Notes under the pieces: model-generated
Told to the model about the DNA's origin: nothing
Seen by the model: only the letters and a program-made list of their open reading frames with translations
The model's database searches: none
In this document: positions 20,901-33,700 of the stretch, piece by piece
Numbering within the stretch: position 1 is the stretch's first letter
How the letters are laid out: each line of letters starts with the position of its first letter
Translations under genes and position numbers: made by a program
Source: Malacoraja senta
Lineage: Eukaryota
Length of the DNA stretch: 55,572 nucleotides
NCBI GenBank assembly: GCA_038087875.1
Contig: JAXLNO010000276.1
Location: 1 to 55,572, forward strand
Direction of reading: 5' to 3'

Positions 20901-23900
20901 GCGACCTTGCCGGATTTGTGGCGACCTTGCCGGAATTATGGCGATGATGTCGGAAATATGGCGACCTTGCCGGATTTGTGGCGACCTTGCCGGAAATATG
21001 GCGACCTTGCCGGATTTGTGGCGACCTTGCTGGATTTATGGCGACCTTAACGGAAATATGGCGACCTTGCCGGGTTTGTGGCGACCTTGCGGGATTTATG
21101 GCGACCTTGCCGGATTTGTGGCGAACTTGCCGGAAATAGGCGACTGCCGGATTTGTGGCGACCTTGCCTGATTCGTGGCGACCTTGCCGGATTTATGGCG
21201 ACCTTGCCGGATTTATGGCGACCTTGCCGGAAATATGGCGACCTTGTCGCATTTGTGGCGAGCTTGCCGGATTTATGGCGACCTTGCAGGAAATATGACG
21301 ACCTTGCCGCATTTGTGGCGACCTTGCCGAATTTATGGAGACCTTGCCGGAAATATGCCGACCTTGCCGCATTTGAGCCGACCTTGCCGGATTTATGGCG
21401 ACCTTCCCGGAAATGTGTCGACCTTGCTGCATTTGTGGCTACCTTGCAGGATTTATTGCGACCTTGCCGGAAATATGTGGACCTTGCCGCATTTGTGGCG
21501 ACCTTGCCTGATTTATGGCGACCTTGCCGGAAATATGGCGACCTTGCCGCATTTGTGGCGACATTGCCGGATTTGTGGCGACCTTGCCGGATTCATGGCG
21601 ACCTTGCCGGAAATGTGGTGACCTTGCCGGATTTGTGGCGAGGATGCCGGATTTATGGCGACCTTGCCGGAATGTTGCGACCTTGCTGGATTTGTGGCGA
21701 CCTTGCCGAATTTATGGCTACCTTGATTGAAATGTGGCGACCTTGCCGGATTTGTCGCCACCTTGCCGGATTTGTGGCGACCTTGCCGGATTTATGGCGA
21801 CCTTGCCGGAAATATGGCGACGTTGCCAGATTTGTGGCGACCTTGCGGGATTTATGGCGGCATTGCCGGAAATATGGCGACCTTGTCGGATTTGCGGCGA
21901 CCTTGCCAGATTTGTTGCGACCTTGCCGGAAATGTGGCGACCTTGCCGGATTTGTGGCGACCTTGCCGGATTTATATCGACCTTGCCGGAAATATGGCGA
22001 CCTTGCCGGATTTGTGGCGACCTTGCCGGAAATATGGCGACCTTGCCGGAAATGTGGAGGCCTTGCCGGATTTGTGACGACCTTGCCGGATTTATGGCGT
22101 CCTTGCCGGAAATGTGGCGACCTTGCCGGATTTATGGCGACCTTGCCGGATTTGTGGCGACCTTGCCGGAAATATGGCGACCTTACCGGAAATGCGGCGA
22201 CGTTGCCTGAAATGTGGCGACCTTGACCGATTTGGGGCGACCTTGCCGGATTTATGGCGACCTTGCCGGGGATGTGGCGACCTTGCCGTATTTGTGGCGA
22301 CCTTGCCGGATTTGTGGCGACATTGCCTGAAATATGGAGACCTTGCCGGAAATGTGGCGACCTTGCCGGATTTGTGGCGACCTTGCCGGATTTATGGCGT
22401 CCTTGCCGGAAATGTGGCGACCTTGCCGGATTTATGGCGACCTTGTCGGATTTGAGACGACCTTGCCGGATTTATGGCGACCTTGTGGGATTTGTGGCGA
22501 CCTTGCCGGATTTATGGCGACCTTGCCGGCAATGTGGCGACCTAGCCGGACTTGTGGCGACCTTGCCGGATTCATGGCGACCTTGCCGGAAACGTGGTGA
22601 CTTTGCCGGATTTGTGGCGAGGATGCCGGATTTATGGCGACCTTGCCGGATTTTTGCGACCTTGCTGGATTTGTGGCGACCTTGCCGAATTTATGGCTAC
22701 CTTCATTGAAATGGGGCGACGTTGCCGGATTTGTCGCCACCTTGCCGGATTTGTGGCGACCTTGCCGGATTTATGGCGACCTTGCCGGAAATATGGCGAC
22801 CTTGCCGGATTTGTGGCGACCTTGCCGGAAATATGGCGACCTTGCCGGAAATATGGCGACCTTGCCGGATTTGTGACGACCTTGCCGGATTTATGGCTTC
22901 CTTGCCGGAAATGTGGCGACCTTGCCGGATTTATGGCGACCTTGTCGGATTTGAGACGACCTTGCCGGATTTATGGCGACGATGCCGGAAATGCGGCGAA
23001 CTTGCCTGAAATGTGGCGACCTTGACGGAGTTGGGGCCACCTTGCCGGATTTATGGCGACCTTGCCGGGGATGGGGCGACCTTGCCGTATTTGTGGCGAC
23101 CTTGCAGGATTTATGGCGACCTTGCCGCAAATGTGGTGACCTTGCCGGATTTGTGGCGACCTTGCCGGATTTATGGCGACCTTGTGGGATTTGTGGCGAC
23201 CTTGCCGGATTTTATGGCGACCTTGCCGGCATTGTGGCGACCTAGCCGGACTTGTGGCGATCTTGCCGGAAATATGGCGACCTTGCCGGAGATGTGGAGA
23301 CCTTGCCGGATTTGTGGCGACCTTGCCGTATTTATGGCGACCTTGCCGGAAATATGGCGACATTGCCGGATTTGTGGCGACCTTGCCGGAAATATGGCGA
23401 CCTTGCCGGATTTTTGGCGACCTTGCGGGAAATATGGCGACTTTGCCGGAGTAGTGGCGACCTTGCCGGAAATATGGCGACCTTGCCTTATTTTAAAGCG
23501 ACCTTTCCGGATTTGTGGCGACCTTGCCGGATTTATGGCGACCTTCCCTGATTTGTTGCCACGTTGCCCGAATTCTGGCGACCATGCCCGGAATATGGCG
23601 ACCTTGCCGGATTTGTGGCGACCTTGCCGGAATTATGGCGATGATGTCGGAAATATGGCGACCTTGCCGGATTTGTGGCGACCTTGCCGGAATATGGCGA
23701 CCTTGCCGGATTTGTGGCGACCTTGCTGGATTTATGGCGACCTTAACGGAAATATGGCGACCTTGCCGGGTTTGTGGCGACCTTGCGGGATTTATGGCGA
23801 CATTGCCGGATTTGTGGCGGCCTTGCCGGATTCATGGCGAACTTGCCGGAAATAGGCTACTGCCGGATTTGTGGCGACCTTGCCTGATTCGTGGCGACCT

Positions 23901-24010
23901 TGCCGGATTTATGGCGACCTTGCCGGATTTATGGCGACCTTGCCGGAAATATGGCGACCTTGCCGCATTTGTGGCGACCTTGCCGGATTTATGGAGACCT
24001 TGCCGGAAAT
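11904..24010. repeat. 20-bp satellite array segment with a 1536-bp tandem duplication and a ~4.0-4.1-kb-offset duplication
   Basis: Continuous monomers. 13345-14880 matches 14881-16416, and ~17490-18380 matches ~21580-22470 (offset 4092). Confidence 0.99.
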
Positions 24011-24369
24011 AATAATATATAATAATAATAATAATGGATTGGATTTATATAGCGCCTTTCTAATACCCAAGGCGCTTTACATCGCACTATTCATTCACTC
24101 CTCAGTCACACTCGGTGGTGGTGAGCTACTTCTGTAGCCACAGCTGCCCTGGGGCAGACTGACGGAAGCGTGGCTGTTAATCTGCGCCTACGGCCCCTCC
24201 GACCACCACCAATCACTCACACACATTCACACACATGCACACGCAGGCAAAGGTGGGTGAAGTGTCTTGCCCAAGGACACAACGACAGTATGCACTCCAA
24301 ACGGGATTCGAACCGGCTACCTTCCGGTTGCCAGCCGAACACTTAGCCCATTGCGCCATCTGTCGTGCG
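24011..24369 (-). mobile_element. tRNA-derived CORE-type SINE (AFC-like) with L2-type 3' end, copy 1
   Basis: On the minus strand: A box TGGCGCAATGG (24348-24358), B box GGTTCGAATCC (24304-24314), CORE-like GTGTCCTTGGGCAAGACACTT (24260-24280), TG-rich spacer, L2-type stem-loop TGTAAAGCGCCTTG...AAGGCGCTATATAAAT, and an (ATT)n tail. The AFC family name is from recall, not a search. Confidence 0.9.
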
Positions 24370-25589
24370 TTTATGGCGACCTTGCAGGAAATATGGCGAC
24401 CTTGCCGCTTTTGTGCCGACCTTGCCGCATTTGAGCCGACCTTGCCGGATTTATGGCGACCTTCCCGGAAATGTGTCTACCTTGCTGCATTTGTGGCTAC
24501 CTTGCAGGATTTATTGCGACCTTGCCGGAAATATGTGGACCTTGCCGCATTTGTGGCGACCTTGCCTGATTTATGGCGACCTTGCCGGAAATATGGCGAC
24601 CTTGCCGCATTTGTGGCGACATTGCCGGATTTGTGGCGACCTTGCCGGATTTATGGTGACCTTGCCGGGGAAGTGGCGATCTAGCCGGATTTGAGGCCAC
24701 CATGCCGGATTTTAGGCGACATTGCCGGAAATATGGCGACCTTTCCTGATTTGTGGCCACCTTGCCAGAATTATGGCGACAATGCCGGAAATATGGCGGC
24801 CTTGCCGGGTTAGTGGCGACCTTGCTGGAATTATAGGGATTTTGCCGGAAATATGGAGACCTTGCCGGATTAGTGGCGACCTTGCCGGATTTGAGGCCAC
24901 CTTGCCGGATTTGTGGCGACCTTGCTGGAATTATGGCGATCTTGCGGGAAATATGGCGACTTTGCCGGAGTAGTGGCGACCTTGCCGGAAATATGGCGAC
25001 CTTGCCTTATTTAAAGCGACCTTGCCGGATTTGTGGCGACCTAGCCGGATTTATGGCGACCTTCCCTGATTTGTTGCCACGTTGCCCGAATTCTGGCGAC
25101 CATGCCGGGAATATTGGGACCTTGCCGGATTTGTGGTTACCTTGCCGGAATTATGGCGATGATGTCGGAAATATGGCGACCTTACCGGATTTGTGGCGAC
25201 CTTGCAGGAAATATGGCGACCTTGCCGGATTTGTGGCGACCGTGCTGGATTTATGGCGACCTTAACGGAAATATGGCGACCTTGCCGGGTTTGTGGCGAC
25301 CTTGCGGGATTTATGGCGACCTTGCCGGATTTGTGGCGGCCTTGCCGCATTCATGGCGAACTTGCCGGAAATAGGCCACTGCCGGATTTGTGGCGACCTT
25401 GCCTGATTCGTGGCGACATTGCCGGATTTATGGCGACCTTGCCGGATTTATGGCGACCTTGCCGGAAATATGGCGACCTTGCCGCATTTGTGGCGACCTT
25501 GCCGGATTTATGGCGACCTTGCAGGAAATATGGCGACCTTGCCGCATTTGTGGCGACCTTGCCGGATTTATGGAGACCTTGCCGGAAAT
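24370..25589. repeat. 20-bp satellite segment between SINE copies 1 and 2
   Basis: Tandem monomers. Confidence 0.98.
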
Positions 25590-25948
25590 AATAATATATA
25601 ATAATAATAATAATGGATTGGATTTATATAGCGCCTTTCTAATACCCAAGGCGCTTTACATCGCATTATTCATTCACTCCTCAGTCACACTCGGTGGTGG
25701 TGAGCTACTTCTGTAGCCACAGCTGCCCTGGGACAGACTGACGGAAGCGTGGCTGCTAATCTGCGCCTACGGCCCCTCCGACCACCACCAAACACTCACA
25801 CACATTCACACACATGCACACGCAGGCAAAGGTGGGTGAAGTGTCTTGCCCAAGGACACAACGACAGTATGCACTCCAAGCGGGATTCGAACCGGCTACC
25901 TTCCGGTTGCCAGCCGAACACTTAGCCCATTGCGCCATCTGTCGTGCG
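25590..25948 (-). mobile_element. SINE copy 2
   Basis: Near-identical to 24011-24369 with the same junctions, offset 1579 bp. Confidence 0.9.
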
Positions 25949-27406
25949 TTTATGGCGACCTTGCAGGAAATATGGCGACCTTGCCGCATTTGTGCCGACC
26001 TTGCCGCATTTGAGCCGACCTTGCCGGATTTATGGCGACGTTCCCGGAAATGTGCCGACCTTGCTGCATTTGTGGCTACCTTGCCGGATTTATGGCCACC
26101 TTGCCGGAAATATGGCGACCTTGCCGCATTTGTGGCGACCTTGCCGGATTTATGGCGAACTTGCAGGAAATATGGCGACCTTGCCGCATTTGTGGCGACC
26201 TTGCCGTATTTATGGAGACCTTGCCGGAAATATGCCGACCTTGCCGCATTTGAGCCGACCTTGCCGGATTTATGGCGACCTTCCCGGAAATGTGTCGACC
26301 TTGCTGCATTTGTGGCTACCTTGCAGGATTTATTGCGACCTTGCCGGAAATATGTGGACCTTGCCGCATTTGTGGCGACCTTGCCTGATTTATGGCGACC
26401 TTGCCGGAAATATGGCGACCTTGCCGCATTTGTGGCGACATTGCCGGATTTGTGGCGACCTTGCCGGATTTATGGTGACCTTGCCGGGGAAGTGGCGACC
26501 TAGCCGGATTTGAGGCCACCTTGCCGGATTTTAGGCGACATTGCCGGAAATATGGCGACCTTTCCTGATTTGTGGCCACCTTGCCAGAATTATGGCGACC
26601 ATGCCGGAAATATGGCGGCCTTGCCGGGTTAGTGGCGACCTTGCTGGAATTATAGGCATTTTGCCGGAAATATGGCGACCTTGCCGGATTAGTGGCGACC
26701 TTGCCGGATTTGAGGCCACCTTGCCGGATTTGTGGCGACCTTGCTGGAATTATGGCGATCTTGCGGGAAATATGGCGACTTTGCCGGAGTAGTGGCGACC
26801 TTGCCTGAAATATGGCGACCTTGCCTTATTTAAAGCGACCTTGCCGGATTTGTGGCGACCTTGCCGGATTTATGGCGACCTTCCCTGATTTGTTGCCACG
26901 TTGCCCGAATTCTGGCGACCATGCCGGGAATATGGCGACCTTGCCGGATTTGTGGCGACCTTGCCGGAATTATGGCGATAATGTCGGAAATATGGCGACC
27001 TTGCCGGATTTGTGGCGACCTTGCCGGTAATATGGCGACCTTGCCGGATTTGTGGCGACCTTGCTGGATTTATGGCGACCTTAACGGAATATGGCGACCT
27101 TGCCGGGTTTGTGGCGACCTTGCGGGATTTATGGCGACCTTGCCGGATTTGTGGCGGCCTTGCCGGATTCATGGCGAACTTGCCGGAAATAGGCGACTGC
27201 CGGATTTGTGGCGACCTTGCCTGATTCGTGGCGACCTTGCCGGATTTATGGCGACCTTGCCGGATTTATGGCGACTTGCCGGAAATATGGCGACCTTGCC
27301 GCATTTGTGGCGACCTTGCCGGATTTATGGCGACCTTGCAGGAAATATGGCGACCTTGCCGCATTTGTGGCGACCTTGCCGGATTTATGGAGACCTTGCC
27401 GGAAAT
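25949..27406. repeat. 20-bp satellite segment between SINE copies 2 and 3
   Basis: Tandem monomers. Confidence 0.98.
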
Positions 27407-27765
27407 AATAATATATTATAATAATAATAATGGATTGGATTTATATAGCGCCTTTCTAATACCCAAGGCGCTTTACATCGCATTATTCATTCTTTCCTCA
27501 GTCACACTCGGTGGTGGTGAGCTACTTCTGTAGCCACAGCTGCCCTGGGGCAGACTGACGGAAGCGTGGCTGCTAATCTGCGCCTACGGCCCCTCCGACC
27601 ACCAGCAATCACTCACACACATTCACACACATGCACACGCAGGCAAAGGTGGGTGAAGTGTCTTGCCCAAGGACACAACGACAGTATGCATTCCAAGCGG
27701 GATTCGAACCGGCTACCTTCCGGTTGCCAGCCGAACACTTAGCCCATTGCGCCATCTGTCGTGCG
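27407..27765 (-). mobile_element. SINE copy 3
   Basis: Near-identical to copy 2 with the same junctions, offset 1817 bp. Confidence 0.9.
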
Positions 27766-30700
27766 TTTATGGCGACCTTGCAGGAAATATGGCGACCTTG
27801 CCGCATTTGTGCCGACCTTGCCGCATTTGAGCCGACCTTGCCGGATTTATGGCGACCTTCCCGGAAATGTGTCGACCTTGCTGCACTTGTGGCTACCTTG
27901 CAGGATTTATTGCGACCTTGCCGGAAATATGTGGACCTTGCCGCATTTGTGGCGACCTTGCCTGATTTATGGCGACCTTGCCGGAAATATGGCGACCTTG
28001 CCGCATTTGTGGCGACATTGCCGGATTTGTGGCGACCATGCCGGATTTATGGTGACCTTGCCGGGGAAGTGGCGACCTAGCCGGATTTGAGGCCACCATG
28101 CCGGATTTTAGGCGACATTGCCGGAAATATGGCGACCTTTCCTGATTTGTGGCCACCTTGCCAGGATTATGGCGACCATGCCGGAAATATGGCGGCCTTG
28201 CCGGGTTAGTGGCGACCTTGCTGGAATTATAGGGATTTTGCCGGAAATATGGAGACCTTGCCGGATTAGTGGCGACCTTGCCGGATTTGAGGCCACCTTG
28301 CCGGATTTGTGGCGACCTTGCTGGAATTATGGCGATCTTGCGGGAAATATGGCGACTTTGCCGGAGTAGTGGCGACCCTGCCGGAAATATGGCGACCTTG
28401 CCTTATTTAAAGCGACCTTGCCGGATTTGTGGCGACCTTGCCGGATTTATGGCGACCTTCCCTGATTTGTTGCCACGTTGCCCGAATTCTGGCGACCATG
28501 CCGGGAATATGGCGACCTTGCCGGATTTGTGGCGACCTTGCCGGAATTATGGCGATGATGTCGGAAATATGGCGACCTTGTCGGATTTGTGGCGACCTTG
28601 CCGGAAATATGGCGACCTTGCCGGATTTGTGGCGACCTTGCTGGATTTATGGCGACCTTAACGGAAATATGGCGACCTTGCCGGGTTTGTGGCGACCTTG
28701 CGGGATTTATGGCGACGTTGCCGGATTTGTGGCGGCCTTGCCGGATTCATGGCAAACTTGCCGGAAATAGGCGACTGCCGGATTTGTGGCGACCTTGCCT
28801 GATTCGTGGCGACCTTGCCGGATTTATGGCGACCTTGCCGGATTTATGGCGACCTTGCCGGAAATATGGCGACCTTGCCGCATTTGTGGCGACCTTGCCG
28901 GATTTATGGCGAACTTGCAGGAAATATGGCGACCTTGCCGCATTTGTGGCGACCTTGCCGTATTTATGGAGACCTTGCCGGAAATATGCCGACCTTGCCG
29001 CATTTGAGCCGACATTGCCGGATTTATGGCGACATTCCCGGAAATGTGTCGACCTTGCTGCATTTGTGGCTATCTTGCAGGATTTATTGCGACCTTGCCG
29101 GAAATATGTGGACCTTGGCGCATTTGTGGCGACCTTGCCTGATTTATGGCGACCTTGCCGGAAATATGGCGACCTTGCAGCATTTGTGGCGACATTGCCG
29201 GATTTGTGGCGACCTTGCCGGATTTATGGTGACCTTGCCGGGGAAGTGGCGACCTAGCCGGATTTGAGGCCACCTTGCCGGATTTTAGGCGACATTGCCG
29301 GAATTATGGCGACCTTTCCTGATTTGTGGCCACCTTGCCAGAATTATGGCGACCATGCCAGAAATATGGCGGCCTTGCCGGGTTACTGGCGACCTTGCTG
29401 GAATTATAGGCATTTTGCCGGAAATATGGCGACCTTGCCGGATTAGTGGCGACCTTGCCGGATTTATGGCGGCCTAGCCTGAAATGTGGCGACCTTGCCG
29501 GATTTGAGGCCACCTAGCCGGATTATAGCGACCTCGCCGGAAATATGGCGACCTAGCCGGGTTTGAGGCTACCTTTCCGGATTTGTGGCGATTTTGCCGG
29601 ATTAGTGGCGACCTTGCCGGAAATATGGCGACCTTGCCGGATTTGTGGCGACCTTGCCGGATTTATGGCGACCTTGCCGGAAATATGGCGACATTGCCGG
29701 ATTTGTGGCGTCCTTGCGGGATTTATGGCGAACTTGCCGGAAATATGGCGACCTCGTCGGATTTGTGGCGACCATGCCAGATTTATTGCGACCTTGTCGG
29801 AAATGTGGCGTCCTTGCCGGATTTGGGCGGCCTTGCCGGATTTATGGCGACCTTGCCGTAATGTGGCGACCTTGCCGGATTTATGGCGACCTTGTTGGAT
29901 TTGTGACGAACTTGCCGTATTTATGGCGACCTTGCCGGAAATGTGGCGACCTTGCCGTATTTGTGGTGACCTTGCCGGATTTATGGCGACCTTGCCGCAA
30001 ATGTGGCGACCTTATCGGATTTGTGGCGACCTTGCCGGATTTATGGCGACCTTGTGGGATTTGTGGCGACCTTGCCGGATTTATGGCGACCTTGCCGGAA
30101 ATGTGGCGACCTTGCCGGACTTGTGGCGACCTTGCCGGATTCATGGCGACCTTGCCGGAAATGTGGCGACCTTGCCGGATTTGTGGCGACGATGCCGGAT
30201 GTATGGAGACATTGCCGAAATGTTGCGACCTTGCCGGATTTGTGGCGACCCTGCCGGATTTATGGCGACCTTGCCGGAAATGTGGAGACCTTGCCGGATT
30301 TGTGGCGACCTTGCGGACTTATGGCGGCTTTGCTGGATTTATGGCGACCTTGCTGGAAATATGGCGACGTTGCCGCATTTCCGGCGACCTTGCAGAATTT
30401 ATTGCGACCTTGCCGGAAAGACCTTGCTGGAAATATGGCGACCTTGCCGGAAATGTGGCGACCTTGCCGGATTTGTGGCGACCTTGCCGAATTTATGGCG
30501 ACGTTGCCGGAAATGTGGCGACCTTGCCGGGTTTGTGGCGTCCTTGCCGGGTTTATGGCGCCATTGCCGGGATTGTGGCGACCTTGCCGGATTTGAGGCA
30601 ACCTTCCGGATTTATGGCGACCATGCCGGAAATATGGCGACCTTGCCGTATCTGTGGCGACCTTGCCGGAAATATGGCGACCTTGCCGGATTTGTGGCGA

Positions 30701-33700
30701 CTTTGCCGGATTTATGGCGACCTTGCCGGAAATATGGCGACCTTGCCGGATTTGTGGCGACCTTGCGGGATTTATGGCGACCTTGCCGGAAATATGGCGA
30801 CCTTGTCGGATTTGTGGCGACCTTGCCAGATTTATTGCGAACTTGCCGGAAATGTGGCGTCCTTGCCGGATTTGTGGTGGCCTTGCCGGATTTATGGCGA
30901 CCTTGCCGGAAATGTGGCGACCTTGCCGGATTTGTGGCGACCTAGCCGGATTTATGGCGACCTTGCCGGGGATGACGCGAATATTGCCGGATTTGTGGCG
31001 ACCTTGCTGGATTTATGGCGACCTTGCCGGAAATACGGCGACCTTGCCGGAAATATGGCGACTTTGCCGGATTTGTGGCGACATTGCCGGATTTGTGGCG
31101 ACCTTGCCGGATTTATGGCGACCTTGCCGGGAAAGTGGCGACCTAGCCGGATTTCAGGCCACCTTGCCGGATTTATGGCGACATTGCCGGAAATATGGCG
31201 ACTTGCCGGATTTGTGGCGACCTTGCCGGATTTATGGCGACCTTGCCGGAAATATGGCGACCTTGTCGGATTTGTGGCGACCTTGCCAGATTTATTGCGA
31301 CCTTGCCGGAAATGTGCGGTCCTTGCCGGATTTGTGGCGGCCTTGCCGGATTAATGGCGACCTTGCCGGGAATGTGGCGAATTGCCGGATTTATGGCGAC
31401 CTTGCCGGAAATGTGGCGACTTTTCGGATTTGTGGCGACCTTGCCGGATTTATGGCGTCCTTGCCGGGAATGTGGCGACCTTGTCGGATATATGGCGACC
31501 TTCCTGGATTAATGGCGACCTTGCCGGAAATGTGGCGACCTAACCGGATTTGTGGCGACCTTGCCGGATTTATGGCGACCTAGCCTGAAATGTGGCGACC
31601 TTGACGGATTTGTGACGACCTTGCCGCATTTATGTCGACCTTGCCGGGGATGTGGCCACCTTGCCGGATTTATGGCGATCTTGCCGGAAATATGTCGACC
31701 TTGACGGATTTGTGGCGACCTTGCCGGATTTATTGCGGCCTTGCCGGAAATATGTGGACCTTGCCGCATTTGTGGCGACCTTGCCGGATTTATGGCGACT
31801 TTGCCGGAAATATGGCGGCCTTGCCGCATTTGTGGCGAGATTGCCGGATTTGTGGCGACCTTGCCGGATTTATGGCGACCTTGCCGGGAATGTGCCGACC
31901 TTGCCGGATTTGAGGCCACCTAGCCGGATTATAGCGACCTCGCCGGAAATATGGCGACCTAGCCGGGTTTGAGGCCACCTTGCCGGATTTGTGGCGACCT
32001 AGCTGGAATTATGGCGATTTTGCGGGAAATATGGCGACTTTGCCGGAGTAGTGGCGACCTTGCCGGAAATATGGCGACCTTGCCGGATTTGTGGCGACCT
32101 TGCCGGATTTATGGCGACCTTGCCGGAAATATGGCGACCTCGCCGGATTTGTGGCGTCCTTGCGGGATTTATGGCGAACTTGCCTAAAATATGGCGACCT
32201 CGACGGATTTGTGCCGACCTTGCCAGATTTATTGCGACGTTGCCGGAAATGTGGCGTCCTTGCCGGATTTGTGGCGGCCTTGCCGGATTTATGGCGACAT
32301 TGCCGGAAATGTGGCGACCTTGCCGTATTTGTGGTGACCTTGCCGGATTTATGGCGACCTTGCCGCAAATGTGGCGACCTTGTCGGATTTGTGGCGACCT
32401 TGCCGGATTTATGGCGACCTTGTGCGATTTGTGGCGACCTTGCCGGTTTTATGGCGACCTTGCCGGAAATGTGGCGACCTTGCCGGACTTGTGGCGACCT
32501 TGCGGGATTCATGGCGACCTTGCCGGAAATGTGGGGACCTCGCCGGATTTGTGGCGACGATGCCGGGTGTATGGCGACATTGCCGAAATGTTGCGACCTT
32601 GCCGGATTTTTGGCGACCTTGCCGGATTTATGGCGACCTTGCCGGAAATATGGCGACCTTGTCGGATTTATGGCAACCTTGCCAGATTTAATGCGACCTT
32701 GCCGGAAATATGCGGTCCTTGCCGGATTAATGGCGACCTTGCCGGAAATGTGGCGACCTTGCCGGATTTATGGCGACCTTGCCGGAAATGTGGCGACTTG
32801 CCGGATTTGTGGCGACCTTGCCGGATTTATGGCGACCTTGCCTGGAATGTGGCGACCTTGCCGGATTTGTGGCGACCTTGCCGGATTTATGGCGACATTG
32901 CCGGAAATGTGGCGACCTTGCCGTATTTGTGGTGACCTTGCCGGATTTATGGCGACCTTGCCGCAAATGTGGCGACCTTGTCGGATTTGTGGCGACCTTG
33001 CCGGATTTATGGCGACCTTGTGGGATTTGTGGCGACCTTGCCGGTTTTATGGCGACCTTGCCGGAAATGTGGCGACCTTGCCGGACTTGTGGCGACCTTG
33101 CGGGATTCATGGCGACCTTGCCGGAAATGTGGGGACCTCGCCGGATTTGTGGCGACGATGCCGGATGTATGGCGACATTGCCGAAATGTTGCGACCTTGC
33201 CGGATTTTTGGCGACCTTGCCGGATCTTTGGCGACCTTGTCGGAAATGTGGCGACCTTGCCGGATTTGACGCCACCTTGCGGGATTTATGGCGACATTGC
33301 CGGAAATATGGCGACCTTGCCGGATTTGACGCTAACTTGCCGGATTTATGGCGACGTCGGAAATATAGCGACCTTGCCGGATTTTTGGCGACCTTGCCGG
33401 ATTTATGGCGACCTTGCCGGATATGTGGAGACCTTGCCGGATTTGTGGCGACCTTGCGGATTTATGGCGGCTTTGCCGGATTTATGGCGACCTTGCTGGA
33501 AATATGGCGACGTTGCCGCATTTGTGGCGACCTTGCCCGATTAATGGCGACCTTGCCGGAAATATGTCGTCCTTGCCGCATTTCGGGCGACCTTGCAGGA
33601 TTTATTGCGACCTTGCCGGAAAGATGTCGACCTTGCCGGAAATGTGGCGACCTTGCCGGATTTGTGGCCACCTTGCCGGATTTATGGCGACGTTGCCGGA

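Noticed and set aside
24295..24369. tRNA gene (also at ~25875-25948 and ~27690-27765)
   Set aside because: A and B boxes are present, but there is no convincing acceptor stem or T-run terminator. The sequence continues into a SINE core and an L2-type tail, so it is a SINE head.
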